A DNA stretch of 64,000 bases from Pontiella sp. (GTDB lineage Bacteria; Verrucomicrobiota; Kiritimatiellia; Kiritimatiellales; Pontiellaceae), in the NCBI GenBank assembly GCA_050290185.1, contig JBNKHE010000001.1, positions 706,713 through 770,712 of the forward strand. The letters run 5' to 3'. This document shows positions 19,453-29,820 of this stretch, in pieces. Position 1 is the first letter of the stretch, and every line of letters begins with the position of its first letter. Position numbers and translations under genes: made by a program. The notes beneath the pieces are model-generated. The model made no database searches. It worked only from the letters and a program-made list of their open reading frames with translations, and was not told the origin of the DNA.

Positions 19453-19725
19453 ATTTCCTCAACGTTCCCGTGATCATCGCCTACCCAAGGCGCTCACACA
19501 AGAGTTCTGTTTATCGAGCAGCATCACGATAATCCAGATGATTGCAGTCAGGTCCGGCAAAAGGCACACCAGACCCAGACACTAACTCACGGGAGAGAAC
19601 GAAGTCCTCCCCAAACCGATACTTAAACACAGTCCGGAAGAGGCTTCTGGAACACCGCGCATTTTTAGCCTCCCACAGGCCATCCGAGGATGGGCATAGG
19701 CACGAGCACCAGATGGCCAGCTTCG

Positions 19726-20874
19726 TTAATCCATGATGATACACTCTGGCGGTGTTCCGGACGGGTCGATACACCAGGCATAAACGGATTGCATTTGTTC
19801 CGCGATCCGCATCCAGGAAAAACGGTTCTCTACCAATGCCCGGCCATTGCTACCCATGACATTCCGCTCGGCATCACTGAACGCAAAAAACTGCTTCAGC
19901 CCCTGCATGATATTGTCCGCATCCGGCTCGATACGGAAAGCCGCCCCGTTTTCAAACCCTTCCGGCAGGTTGCAGAAATCCGTCTTAATGACCGGTAGAC
20001 CGTACGACCACGCTTCAAGCACCGACATAGGCAATCCCTCCGAGAACGAGGGGAGAATGAACGCATCGACACTTCGAAGCAGCCTGTCCTTTTCATCGCC
20101 ATAGACGGGACCGGCAAAGTCAACAGATGCTTCGATTTTCAACTCTCCGGCAAGCGCCTTCAAGCCAGCATCGTGTCCGCCATCGTCCCATCCCGCGATG
20201 ATCAGCTGCCAGTCATCATTTCCTTCAGCATCACGTTGCCGCATGGCCCAGGCCTGCAGCAATTCCTTGAGCCCTTTCTTCGGATGGATTCGGCCCAGGA
20301 AAAGTAGTTTTTTCGGACCACCCCGATTCTGCGGTACGGCAGCCAGATCTGGAAGAACAACACCGTTGGGAATCACGGCGACCGGGTTTTTCAATCCATA
20401 GGCCCGTATGGAATCCACCTCTGATTGGCACAGCGCATTGATGCAGGTTGCGCGCTCAAGCGCTTCGCTGGCAAACAGTCGTTCCACCACTCGTTTCTTC
20501 CATGAGGAATTTCGAAGCGCCCAGGGATCAAGCATTCCCCGGGGTGAGACGACGACCGGCGTGGCATTCCGCTTCTGCCGTTTCAAAGCCGCCCATTGCG
20601 AATCGAGCCAAATTCCGTGTACATGGATAAGATCGGTATCCATCGCCATCAGGCGGCGGCGCATAGCGGGAGAAGACTGCAATGGCCCGTATGCGGGAAA
20701 CAGTTCTACCGGGAGCGGATGCCACTCCCCCGCATCTTCAGCCGAATACGTGTCTCGCGGACTCAACACCACAGGAGAACAGCCCCGTTCGGCCAGCGCC
20801 TTGGAAAGCCCTCGGACCGAATAATACAGCCCGCCGGCCATACGTGAAATAGTCGTCAGCACCGCAACGTTCAT
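19726..20874 (-). CDS. Glycosyltransferase family 4
   Basis: SPRGML, FLGRIHPKKG, PSFSEGLPMSVLEA. Confidence 0.93.
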   Translation of the reverse strand: MNVAVLTTISRMAGGLYYSVRGLSKALAERGCSPVVLSPRDTYSAEDAGEWHPLPVELFPAYGPLQSSPAMRRRLMAMDTDLIHVHGIWLDSQWAALKRQKRNATPVVVSPRGMLDPWALRNSSWKKRVVERLFASEALERATCINALCQSEVDSIRAYGLKNPVAVIPNGVVLPDLAAVPQNRGGPKKLLFLGRIHPKKGLKELLQAWAMRQRDAEGNDDWQLIIAGWDDGGHDAGLKALAGELKIEASVDFAGPVYGDEKDRLLRSVDAFILPSFSEGLPMSVLEAWSYGLPVIKTDFCNLPEGFENGAAFRIEPDADNIMQGLKQFFAFSDAERNVMGSNGRALVENRFSWMRIAEQMQSVYAWCIDPSGTPPECIIMD

Positions 20875-21998
20875 GCCCCACTCCAGTTCGCCAGCGCATC
20901 CACCAACCGGTCGGCATTTTTTTTCGGTGTAAATTGTTCATAAAAAATCCTCGCCGAACCGGCTCCATGTTCTGCGCATAATTGCGGCGATGATACATAT
21001 CGGTTCATGGCGTCGGCAAGTGACCCGACGGATGCCGCCCGGATGCGATATCCATTGACCCCGGAATCAATCACATGCCATGAGGCACCGCACAGGTCGG
21101 TGCCAATCAGGGGAAGCCCCAACGAAGCGGCTTCGTTCAATACGGCTCCCCAGCCATCAAACCGCGAAGCGAGAACAAATACATCCGAAGCCGCATACAC
21201 TTCAGCAATACGTTCCGACGGATAGGCTCCGAGAAAGCATACCCGGCCTTCCAGCCCCAGCTTTTGGCTCAGCGCTTCATAGGCCCGGTCGGATCGGTCC
21301 AAACCGCAAAGCACCAGACACCATTCATTACTCTTCAACCGGGCAAAGGCTTTAAGCAGAACATCCACTCCTTTGCGGCGGCACAACGCACCAACTGCAA
21401 GAAACACCTTCCGGCCCGATGCAAATTCCCGAACCTTTTCACTCGGCTCGAGCGGATTCAGGCCATTCGGAACATAGTAAAGATCCGCGATTTTTCTATC
21501 CGGAATCCCCATCCGGCGAAACGCCTTGCGGGCCAGAACCCCCTGCCCAAACGCCCCCAGAGCATGCTCCCGAATTCGCCGGCCATCCCGGTGCTTGCAC
21601 CGGTGCATCAGGGGGATAAACAAGCGAAACAATGGTGTGCGGTAGCCCACCACCTCAGCCAGCCGAATCCCCGGCTGCTCCGACCAGTGGCACCAGCGCG
21701 CTTTTTCGCGGCAGAACAGGTCGATCAATCCGGCGGAAAAATATCCGCAGATCAGATGCGTTCGTTCCCGCCAGTCCGGCAGCAGCGCATCAATATTCAA
21801 AACCAAATCAACGCCTTCTGCGTTGTGTTCAAACGGTTGATAATCGTGATCATCCCGCCAGCCTTCGGCCGCACGTGTTTTCGAAGCCCCATTGAGGTAC
21901 ACGACCCGCAGATCAACATCCTCCCGCTCCGCAAGCACATGAAAAAAAGCCGACTGGTAATGGGACGGTATATTCATCCAGATACATATGCTAAACAT
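20871..21998 (-). CDS. Glycosyltransferase family 4
   Basis: VGALCRRKGVD, SRFDGWGAVLNEA; start trimmed to ATG 21998, overlapping the upstream stop. Confidence 0.9.
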   Translation of the reverse strand: MFSICIWMNIPSHYQSAFFHVLAEREDVDLRVVYLNGASKTRAAEGWRDDHDYQPFEHNAEGVDLVLNIDALLPDWRERTHLICGYFSAGLIDLFCREKARWCHWSEQPGIRLAEVVGYRTPLFRLFIPLMHRCKHRDGRRIREHALGAFGQGVLARKAFRRMGIPDRKIADLYYVPNGLNPLEPSEKVREFASGRKVFLAVGALCRRKGVDVLLKAFARLKSNEWCLVLCGLDRSDRAYEALSQKLGLEGRVCFLGAYPSERIAEVYAASDVFVLASRFDGWGAVLNEAASLGLPLIGTDLCGASWHVIDSGVNGYRIRAASVGSLADAMNRYVSSPQLCAEHGAGSARIFYEQFTPKKNADRLVDALANWSGA

Positions 21999-23073
21999 GG
22001 GTTGTCTCCTCAAGCACACGAAGGAGCTGCTCTGCCCGGTCCGTCCAGGTAATCTTCGTTGACGGATCCTCAATCCGCATATCTTCCAGACGAGCGTCGA
22101 CCGCCTGTATAAAATCATCCGCGGAGCTGCACACAGCCACCCGGTCTCCAAACGCGTTGACCTGATCACAGGCATCGGTGGCCACAAGTGCAGCCGAGGA
22201 AGCAAGGTGGTCAAACAGCCGCATCGGCGAACAGAGCCGGTTGAACTCGGATCGGACATACGGAATCAGCCCCAGATCAAGGCAGTGGAACCAGGTGTGA
22301 ATCAATGCATGCGGCTGCGCGCCGACAGCAACGCATTTATCGTGTTGCAGCAATGTTTCCAGCTGATCCGACCGTTGCCGGGGCAGCGGCCCGACCAGAA
22401 GCAGCGTACCGAGTCGGGGCAGATCCGCACACCGCCGCAGCAACTCAAAATCCAGCCGGTCGTTGATCCCCCCCACCACACCGACGACCGGACGTTTCAG
22501 GTCATCGAACGGCGGATCAACCGGAGATCTTTTCTCTGAGGAAAAGAACCGTGACTCCGTGGCATTCATGCTGACGGATAACTTTTTCGGATCGGAACCG
22601 TATTCCTTCTGCGCCCGTTCCAGAAGTCCCTCCGAAACAAAGAACGTGTGGTCGACACGGTCGATGAGTTCCTTTTCATGATCAACGACCGAACCCCAGC
22701 CTTCGTAGCTGCGATAGTCATCCGACGCATAGTAAACGGTTTTCAGATCACCGGGAATGTACTTCAGCATCGGGAGGTAATGAGGGCTGGTCACAGCGAG
22801 CCAGTCAATCTGCTTTCCCTCCCGCCGGGCATGGCGCGTTATGCTGCGCCAAAGCATGCGTTGTCCAAGCCATGATGTACGCGAGGCCCATCCGGGAGGC
22901 AATGCCACCGGCATGACGTCCAGCGCTCCGCCAGATGGAGCCCCGTTGAAGTCAGGATGGTTGCGCGCTACCTTCCAGTCCGCAGGGGCAATCCCAAGGG
23001 TATCCGTAATCTCCGCCAACGCCGCAAATGGCTTGCGGCGCCAGACCTCATTGATATCGCAAACTACAATCAT
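21991..23073 (-). CDS. GT-B fold glycosyltransferase (TuaH-like)
   Basis: YYASDD, GGINDRLD, GLIPY, SPMRLFDHLA; start trimmed to 23073. Confidence 0.82.
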   Translation of the reverse strand: MIVVCDINEVWRRKPFAALAEITDTLGIAPADWKVARNHPDFNGAPSGGALDVMPVALPPGWASRTSWLGQRMLWRSITRHARREGKQIDWLAVTSPHYLPMLKYIPGDLKTVYYASDDYRSYEGWGSVVDHEKELIDRVDHTFFVSEGLLERAQKEYGSDPKKLSVSMNATESRFFSSEKRSPVDPPFDDLKRPVVGVVGGINDRLDFELLRRCADLPRLGTLLLVGPLPRQRSDQLETLLQHDKCVAVGAQPHALIHTWFHCLDLGLIPYVRSEFNRLCSPMRLFDHLASSAALVATDACDQVNAFGDRVAVCSSADDFIQAVDARLEDMRIEDPSTKITWTDRAEQLLRVLEETTHV

Positions 23074-23074
23074 C

Positions 23075-24205
23075 TTACTTAGTGGACTGAAATATATCTT
23101 CCAGCTGTTCGGCTGCAGAGCGCCAGTTGAATTTTTTTGCATGGGTTCTACCCACGCGGCTCATCTCATCCCGTCGCGCGGGGGAATCAATTATTGAATG
23201 AATGGCATCAAGGTGCTCACTCGCAGAATCCATATCGCATAGAAGCGCGGCACGGCCTGCTATTTCAGGAATCGATGCGGCATTACTGGCAACCACGGGA
23301 GCTCCGGCAGACATCGCTTCGATAACCGGCATTCCAAATCCTTCATAGCGGGACGGGAACCAAACCAAGGCAGAACTGCTGTAAAGCGCATTTAGCATTT
23401 CATCAGAAACATATCCGGTCTGAATAATGTTGGCATACTTTGCCGCCTTCAGTTTTTCCTTATACTCCGGGCTGCTCGATCCGGCGATGACGACCTTTAT
23501 CTCCGGCATTTTCTGCGCTATCAGCGCAATGGTTCGAAGTACCAAATCTGCATTCTTACGTAACGAAAGCCCTCCCGGAACCAGCACATATGGGCTGTTG
23601 AGCGTGACATCATCCACCTTCTTTTTCATCTCCTCAGAAACAGGTGAACCGAAGATATAGTGTGGTGCATTGTAAATCACCCGCAGCTTGTTCTCCAGCC
23701 CCGGGAAAAAGTGTGCAATCCGCGACGCGGAAAAACTGGAAACCGTGACCACGGCATCAGCGTGTTCCGCCATCCGCCGGAACATCATGCTCCACTTTAA
23801 GCGGTGCATCCGATTGCTCAAGGTGCTGGGATAGAGATCTTCTTCAAAGCCGGCGACATCATGAATCGTACATACCAGCCCGGCCTTGCGAGTGGGCACA
23901 TATGATTCCGCAGGACAATAGACCACATCCACATCCTCCCAATATTGCTCGGCATAGGGGTGGTTTTTCCATATCCATTGGGCCTGCGTCCATGAAGTTC
24001 TTCCTTTGAACGGGATAAAGGAAATTTTTTTCCAGAAATCATCGAGCTCCGCATAACATTGATCATACAGGTCCTTGGCCACGAGTATGCGATGGCTAGC
24101 ATCTGGATATTGATCGACATGATGCGCAATCAGACGATCAATCACCCGACCAACACCGGATGGATTCGGCAAACGATTTACATGGATATAGGAAAGTATA
24201 TTCAT
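23075..24205 (-). CDS. Glycosyltransferase family 4
   Basis: TIHD, RKN, FPSRYEGFGMPVIEAM. Confidence 0.92.
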   Translation of the reverse strand: MNILSYIHVNRLPNPSGVGRVIDRLIAHHVDQYPDASHRILVAKDLYDQCYAELDDFWKKISFIPFKGRTSWTQAQWIWKNHPYAEQYWEDVDVVYCPAESYVPTRKAGLVCTIHDVAGFEEDLYPSTLSNRMHRLKWSMMFRRMAEHADAVVTVSSFSASRIAHFFPGLENKLRVIYNAPHYIFGSPVSEEMKKKVDDVTLNSPYVLVPGGLSLRKNADLVLRTIALIAQKMPEIKVVIAGSSSPEYKEKLKAAKYANIIQTGYVSDEMLNALYSSSALVWFPSRYEGFGMPVIEAMSAGAPVVASNAASIPEIAGRAALLCDMDSASEHLDAIHSIIDSPARRDEMSRVGRTHAKKFNWRSAAEQLEDIFQSTK

Positions 24206-24210
24206 AGAGA

Positions 24211-25308
24211 TCAAAGGGTTTTATTCAACGCAATCTTGTAGATATCGACCACGCGGCGGGATATCGGTTTCCACGCATATTTATCATTCGTTTTCTTAAC
24301 ATTTGCATCAATCGCGCTGCGACAACCGTAGGTTTCCGGCCGACGGAGGAACTGTCGGATATCTTCATCCGTCCACGCATCCTCAATTTCTTCCGCGGAA
24401 AACTCACGCAGCAGTTGTACGGCTCCTCCGCCCTCGGTCACGGGAAACGATATAATCGGCAGGCCGCAGGCGACGGCCTCCAGAATCACCAATCCGAATG
24501 GCTCGTGATAGGAGGTAAACAAAAAGGCATCCGCCACTTTGTAATAGTTTTCAGGAGCTTCCACCGATCCAACCAAAACGATCCGTCCCTGCTCAATGAA
24601 CGGCTTCTGCCGTTCCAGAATGGCGTTGTATTCTGGCCCGTTACCTACCAGTACCAACACCATATCCTCCGGAAGAAGCCCCACCAGTCGTTCAACCCGG
24701 TCCAGCCCCTTCATTTTACGGTGCAATCTTCCCACCCACAGCAGGACTCGCTTATCAACAGGGAGGTTGAAACGTTTACGCAACTGTATTTTCGCCTCTT
24801 GATCGACCGGGTGGAAGCGCCCCAGATCAACGCCGTTAGGGATGTAATGAATCTGCGAAGGCGGATAGCCTTTGCCCACCCATGTGTCAATGGTATGCAG
24901 TGAAATCCCAATCAACAGGTCAGAAGTGCTCTTGATCAACCATCGGCTGAAGGGATGGCCGGTTTCGCCCAACGGCAGGTGCGTATGTGTAATCACTTTG
25001 GTTTTCAAGCACGCCAACGGAAGTCGGGGCCAGACAATACCGTCATGCGAATGGATAATATCCGGCTTGATCCGGAGGATGGCGGCATGCAGCTTAAACA
25101 TCCCTAGAATGGCCTTTTCCGATGACGGGAGGCCCAGGCAAACAACCTGACCGGCCAGCGAGGAACACACATGGCCGGGATCTCCATACAGAAAAAGAAG
25201 CCAGACATCGTGTCCGGCCGCTCGCTGGGACCGAACCAATGCTTCCGCCACACGCAGCGAACCGCCGGTGTCGGGATCATCCCTTTGACATATGTGCAGA
25301 ATACGCAT
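24211..25308 (-). CDS. Glycosyltransferase family 4
   Basis: IPNGVD, VGRL..KG, SYHEPFGLVILEA. Confidence 0.92.
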   Translation of the reverse strand: MRILHICQRDDPDTGGSLRVAEALVRSQRAAGHDVWLLFLYGDPGHVCSSLAGQVVCLGLPSSEKAILGMFKLHAAILRIKPDIIHSHDGIVWPRLPLACLKTKVITHTHLPLGETGHPFSRWLIKSTSDLLIGISLHTIDTWVGKGYPPSQIHYIPNGVDLGRFHPVDQEAKIQLRKRFNLPVDKRVLLWVGRLHRKMKGLDRVERLVGLLPEDMVLVLVGNGPEYNAILERQKPFIEQGRIVLVGSVEAPENYYKVADAFLFTSYHEPFGLVILEAVACGLPIISFPVTEGGGAVQLLREFSAEEIEDAWTDEDIRQFLRRPETYGCRSAIDANVKKTNDKYAWKPISRRVVDIYKIALNKTL

Positions 25309-25322
25309 TGCGGTTGGAACGG

Positions 25323-26252
25323 CTAAATCCGGTTCGGGCGCTCACTCGTCGCTTTTTTCCCGGTGGCAAGCAGCTTAAAGAAGCAACCGGCATATTCACA
25401 ATAGCCGCTGCGGTAGGCCTTCATAGAGATCCTTCGTAACGGACGCAGGCTTTGCCAGCAGAACTCCTTAAGCAAAGACCCCATCAATTGAGCCTTCTGC
25501 AGGAACGGAAGCTTCTTATGATGGAAAACCCGGAACTTGGTATACAATCCCTGCGTGGGATAGAAAAAGGGCTTCTCCATCATTTCCTCAGTCAGGCTCC
25601 CTGACCAGACACCGACAAAGCAGAGCGGCTTATCCACATGGACTACATTGCGATGCAGACAGCTTTCGATAAAGAAATCCCAATCTGCCGTGATTGTTCT
25701 TCGGTCGTATCGCCCCAGAGATTCAAAAAGCGAGCGGGTAAATAGGGTGGCGGAAGGTATGGAACAGGGCGCATACGGAAGCCGCCAGATTTCTTTGCTG
25801 TAGCCAGTTGTTCTTCTCCCGCTCTCAGGCGGATGTTTCAGCATCTCTCGCATTCCTTCAGGCTCGGTGCCAAACTCGAACTTCTGCACCCCAACGACCA
25901 CCAGCGTTTCGTCATCTATAAAAGGAACGGTCTGCGTTAAAAAGTCCGGATGCATTAAATCGTCGTCACACAGGGGCTTGATGATCTCGTGGGAACACAG
26001 CTCAACACATCGGTTCATATTGCCGGCAAACCCGGTATTTTCCTCCGCCCGGAACACCTTGAGTCGGGGGTCCTTGATGGATGCCAGAGCATCGGCAGCC
26101 CGGACCGGACCGGGGTTTTCAGATACCACCACCTCAAAATCAGAATAGCGCTGAGCCAATACAGACTCACATGTCTTGCGCAGTACCTCTCCCCGTTCTT
26201 CCGACGACAGGTAGGTCACAATGAATATGGATACAGGCGGATATTCTTTCAC
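25323..26252 (-). CDS. Glycosyltransferase family 2
   Basis: VSIFIVTY, SVLAQ, N.GFAGNMN, LCDDD, DWDF. Confidence 0.88.
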   Translation of the reverse strand: MKEYPPVSIFIVTYLSSEERGEVLRKTCESVLAQRYSDFEVVVSENPGPVRAADALASIKDPRLKVFRAEENTGFAGNMNRCVELCSHEIIKPLCDDDLMHPDFLTQTVPFIDDETLVVVGVQKFEFGTEPEGMREMLKHPPESGRRTTGYSKEIWRLPYAPCSIPSATLFTRSLFESLGRYDRRTITADWDFFIESCLHRNVVHVDKPLCFVGVWSGSLTEEMMEKPFFYPTQGLYTKFRVFHHKKLPFLQKAQLMGSLLKEFCWQSLRPLRRISMKAYRSGYCEYAGCFFKLLATGKKATSERPNRI

Positions 26253-26264
26253 GGTATTTTCTCC

Positions 26265-27455
26265 TTACATCTTGGCGACTTCTTCAACCACCTGAATCAA
26301 GCGTTGTTTCCATTGCTCCATCGTAAAATTCCCGGCCTGCTGAAGAGCCCCTTCGGCCAGACGGTTGCGGAGTGCGCGGTCGTTCACAATGCGACCCAAT
26401 GTGTCGGCCAGTGCGGCGGCGTCGCCAGCGGGCACGGTCATGCCGCATCCATCCTCAAAGTCCACGCCGCTCTCCCGGGTTGCCACGACCGGACACCCGC
26501 AGGCCATCGCCTCCAGCAGCACGCCGGCCTGACCTTCCGAAAGCGATGGAAGAACAAAAACATCGGCTTCTTCGTATTCACGATGCATCTGATCCATCGG
26601 AAGGCGGCCAAGACAATTAAGTTCCTCCCGATGCTCCATCCATAGAATCGAAGACGGATCAACTCCGGCTACACGGACTTCAATATCGCTTCCGGATGCC
26701 CGCAGGAGATGAGCCGCTTCAGCCAAGTAATGCAACCCTTTTCTCAACGCTTCCCGGCCGGCAAAAAGAATGCGTCCCGGCCGCGTATGAGTGTTGATGG
26801 AATCCCGGCTCTCCAGACTGCTACCATAAGGAACGATACGGAGCTTATCTGCATATTCCGGATTGAATGAACGCACCCCCTCCGCAACCCATTCGGAGGG
26901 ACATAGTAAAATGTCGGCCAACTTCAACGTTCGCTCTGTATGCCGATCTTCGGCGGCAATCTTCCCGGCCACGGAGCCCGGGGAATCCAGGTAGCGGGAT
27001 TCCTCTTCCGCAAAAATACGGTTCGTTGATGGATGAACGAATACATCCACAATAATTCGAGCTCCCTGCTCCTTGGCCCACTCCAGAAATCCGGCATCTT
27101 CGCCGTACATGCTGTATATGACCTGCGCACCTTGCAGCCCCCAGTGCCGATATACCCCCGAGAGATCATTCGAACATCCCGGTAAACGGGGGGCCAGCGC
27201 CCGATCAGAACTAAAAATCTTTTTACCCGGAATCCCCCCAGGTACACGCGAAGCAAGTGCAACCAGTCCCGCAGACCGTACCCCTGCGGCCACAACCAGG
27301 CTAGCCAGTCGACCCGCCGCACTATAGGCGGAAGAATCGGTGTACAACGCAGCTAACAAGCCTGATTCCTCCAGCAACCGAGGCACGGCATACCGCCTTC
27401 GAGCACCTCGCTGACAGGCAAGGACAAGGGCATTTCCCGCCGGATTACGCGACAT
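26265..27455 (-). CDS. Glycosyltransferase family 4
   Basis: FAGREALRKG, LPSLSEGQAGVLLEAMACG; start trimmed to 27455. Confidence 0.92.
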   Translation of the reverse strand: MSRNPAGNALVLACQRGARRRYAVPRLLEESGLLAALYTDSSAYSAAGRLASLVVAAGVRSAGLVALASRVPGGIPGKKIFSSDRALAPRLPGCSNDLSGVYRHWGLQGAQVIYSMYGEDAGFLEWAKEQGARIIVDVFVHPSTNRIFAEEESRYLDSPGSVAGKIAAEDRHTERTLKLADILLCPSEWVAEGVRSFNPEYADKLRIVPYGSSLESRDSINTHTRPGRILFAGREALRKGLHYLAEAAHLLRASGSDIEVRVAGVDPSSILWMEHREELNCLGRLPMDQMHREYEEADVFVLPSLSEGQAGVLLEAMACGCPVVATRESGVDFEDGCGMTVPAGDAAALADTLGRIVNDRALRNRLAEGALQQAGNFTMEQWKQRLIQVVEEVAKM

Positions 27456-28758
27456 GGGAAACCTCACTCCCTGAAAAAGCGCCCTTTTGCCGGGCAAAAT
27501 ACATCAAAGGATAGCCCAGAGCAAAAAAGTAAACCCACATCGAAACCAGTACGCGGTGGGTTTCATGCGAAACGGAATGCATGGCAGGGCTTAGCATATA
27601 TACATAGAGCAATTGGCCGAGGAAGTGCCCCTGCATTGCATGCCGATAAAGCACCCCCATCATCCAGCCTATCAGGATGAACTTGATAAAACCAAACCAC
27701 CCGAAAGAAGCAAAGGCATCCCGATAGCCCGTCGCGGTCGATCCCGTTCTATATACATGTCCATAGCGAGATTCAGCCACCCGTACAGGATCAGCTTCTA
27801 TACCAATCATCAGCCCCTCCTTTACGGAACGTCCGACAATCTGTGCGGGCACAAAATTGTATACGAACCGGTTCCAATGATTCAGGCCATAGTCGTAACA
27901 GTGGTCTTCTGCGGTGACCAAGCGATAGTACAGATAATTATCAAACTCCGCCCCACCTTCATCCATCACCTCCGAAGTCGACGAAGTATAGTCGGCCTGA
28001 GCCGCCTCGGACAGGCGCTGCCGGAAGGATTCATCTTTGTTTTTCATGATAGAGCGGTAGGTGCCTATGGCATTTACCAGCAGCAGACCGAACGATAAAC
28101 AGCCCAGAATCATCCAGCGGGGAATTGCGATGCGCCGAACAAACCACAGACTGATAACCGTATAAGCCAGCAGGCTCATCATCGCGGAGCGGCGACCGCT
28201 AAGAAAAGCGGCATCCAAGAGCAGCATCAGACTGGGTACGATGAACAACAACAGGCGCGGCACGATCCGTTTGCGCTGACTCAAATAGATCAACCATAAA
28301 GCAATGAACCCAAAAATAAAAATGTTGGACAAAAACAGATACTTTACTGCGGCGCCCGACCACTGGGACGATTCCAGCATTTCCTTCGGAAGGGTTCTCA
28401 ACTTGTACTGGAAGAAAAAACCGCAGGCACAAAGCGTTGCACCTGCCATGTACAGGCGGTTCACCTCGAACTGTGCATCCAGCCAGCTGGATCGAGAAGG
28501 ACTTCGCCCTACCCCCTGGGCATATCCTGCCCACACCCCCAGCGAACAGAGCGTCGCAAACAACAACGCATTCGCATACGCGTTGTCCGGATAATGCTCA
28601 ACCTGCCCCAATGCGCCGATGGCTTGCGGAAGGAACCAACCCAGCGTAAGCGCACCCAACCAGAAAGGAAACTCGTAGAAGCCGCTCCGATTGCGGAGGT
28701 AGTAGGCCACCATAGCCAGATTGGCACTGCCAAACAGAATAAGTGCTGTTAGATTCAT
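27445..28758 (-). CDS. wzy: Polytopic membrane protein, probable Wzy polymerase
   Basis: About 10 hydrophobic segments, GRR motif, large loop before the last TMs; position among GTs in a Wzx/Wzc locus. Confidence 0.72.
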   Translation of the reverse strand: MNLTALILFGSANLAMVAYYLRNRSGFYEFPFWLGALTLGWFLPQAIGALGQVEHYPDNAYANALLFATLCSLGVWAGYAQGVGRSPSRSSWLDAQFEVNRLYMAGATLCACGFFFQYKLRTLPKEMLESSQWSGAAVKYLFLSNIFIFGFIALWLIYLSQRKRIVPRLLLFIVPSLMLLLDAAFLSGRRSAMMSLLAYTVISLWFVRRIAIPRWMILGCLSFGLLLVNAIGTYRSIMKNKDESFRQRLSEAAQADYTSSTSEVMDEGGAEFDNYLYYRLVTAEDHCYDYGLNHWNRFVYNFVPAQIVGRSVKEGLMIGIEADPVRVAESRYGHVYRTGSTATGYRDAFASFGWFGFIKFILIGWMMGVLYRHAMQGHFLGQLLYVYMLSPAMHSVSHETHRVLVSMWVYFFALGYPLMYFARQKGAFSGSEVSHVA

Positions 28759-28772
28759 ACCGAAGATTTTGG

Positions 28773-29783
28773 CTACCTTATGGGATCATAATACAGCTCC
28801 CGCATACGTCTGATGCCGGGAATATGATAGCACATCCGAGCCAAGCCCCTTAATGAAGCAGACAGCATGTAGCAGTTATATTTTAGATTGTAGACCACTC
28901 GGGCGGTGTGCGGTTTGCGCTTCCACTCATCAAAGGCCGGTGCAATGTGGTTTTCGAGCACCTGGACCCAACGCAAAGCAATGGCATCGGTTGTAAACTC
29001 ACGGGCCCGCTCAGCCCCTGCGGCAACCAGTTCTCCATACGCTTTCGGGTTTTCCTTAAGCCTTAATATAGATAAAACCAGATCCTCGTGCGTATCTACG
29101 CGCAGGTAGTCCCGTCCAGGGTTGCCGACTTGTTCAAAGGCCGAATCCCAGCCAGCGATGAATGGTATGTTGGCATGCCAGGCATTAATCAGCTTGCTCG
29201 CCGGTTTGCGCTCATACCGCTTCTTTCCAAAATTCCGGATCCCCACCAAAATATCGATATGGTTCAAGTCCCGCCATTCATCCAATGCCAGGAATCGAAT
29301 GCCATGGGGATTCAAGTCGGCATTCAGCCGTCCAACATCCAAATCCGTAAACCCGATGCGGCCCTGATAGGCCACGGTTTCCACAACCTTTCTACTGGGA
29401 TCCCGCGGAATTTGGCCAATCTGCGGCCACAACGGCACGTGGAAACTGTTATCATCAACTTGGTTCTGATTCTGCACCAGATGAATCTGCGCCAACGGGA
29501 AACGAGGGTAATCAGCTTGAAGCGAGACTCCGAAAACACCGGCATTCCTGCCCATTTTGCGCCACAGGTTACCATGCGCAAGGTTGATGGCCTCCGGCAA
29601 GGGCTTCGTAGATAACGTCAGCTTTAACCCGCTCTGCATAAGCAGATAGTAACTCTGTAGCCCCCAGCAATATTCACCCTCGGCGTAGAGATCCGCATAC
29701 CGGTTAAGGTCACCCTTCCGCAAGGCATCAATCGGATGCTTACGGTCCTCTGGAACAATAAAGTTATAGGTGGGACTGCTCAT
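28773..29783 (-). CDS. Divergent GT-B-like protein
   Basis: KPASKLINAW...PFIAG.DSAF resembles a GT-B nucleotide-binding C-lobe; start trimmed to 29783. Confidence 0.65.
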   Translation of the reverse strand: MSSPTYNFIVPEDRKHPIDALRKGDLNRYADLYAEGEYCWGLQSYYLLMQSGLKLTLSTKPLPEAINLAHGNLWRKMGRNAGVFGVSLQADYPRFPLAQIHLVQNQNQVDDNSFHVPLWPQIGQIPRDPSRKVVETVAYQGRIGFTDLDVGRLNADLNPHGIRFLALDEWRDLNHIDILVGIRNFGKKRYERKPASKLINAWHANIPFIAGWDSAFEQVGNPGRDYLRVDTHEDLVLSILRLKENPKAYGELVAAGAERAREFTTDAIALRWVQVLENHIAPAFDEWKRKPHTARVVYNLKYNCYMLSASLRGLARMCYHIPGIRRMRELYYDPIR

Positions 29784-29820
29784 TCGGCGGTACTCCAGAT
29801 TTCTCCTTAAGCGATCAATC

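Noticed and set aside
19511..19774. 87-aa minus-strand ORF in the GT-wcaF gap
   Set aside because: Overlaps the GT stop, has atypical composition, and shows no RBS or motif.
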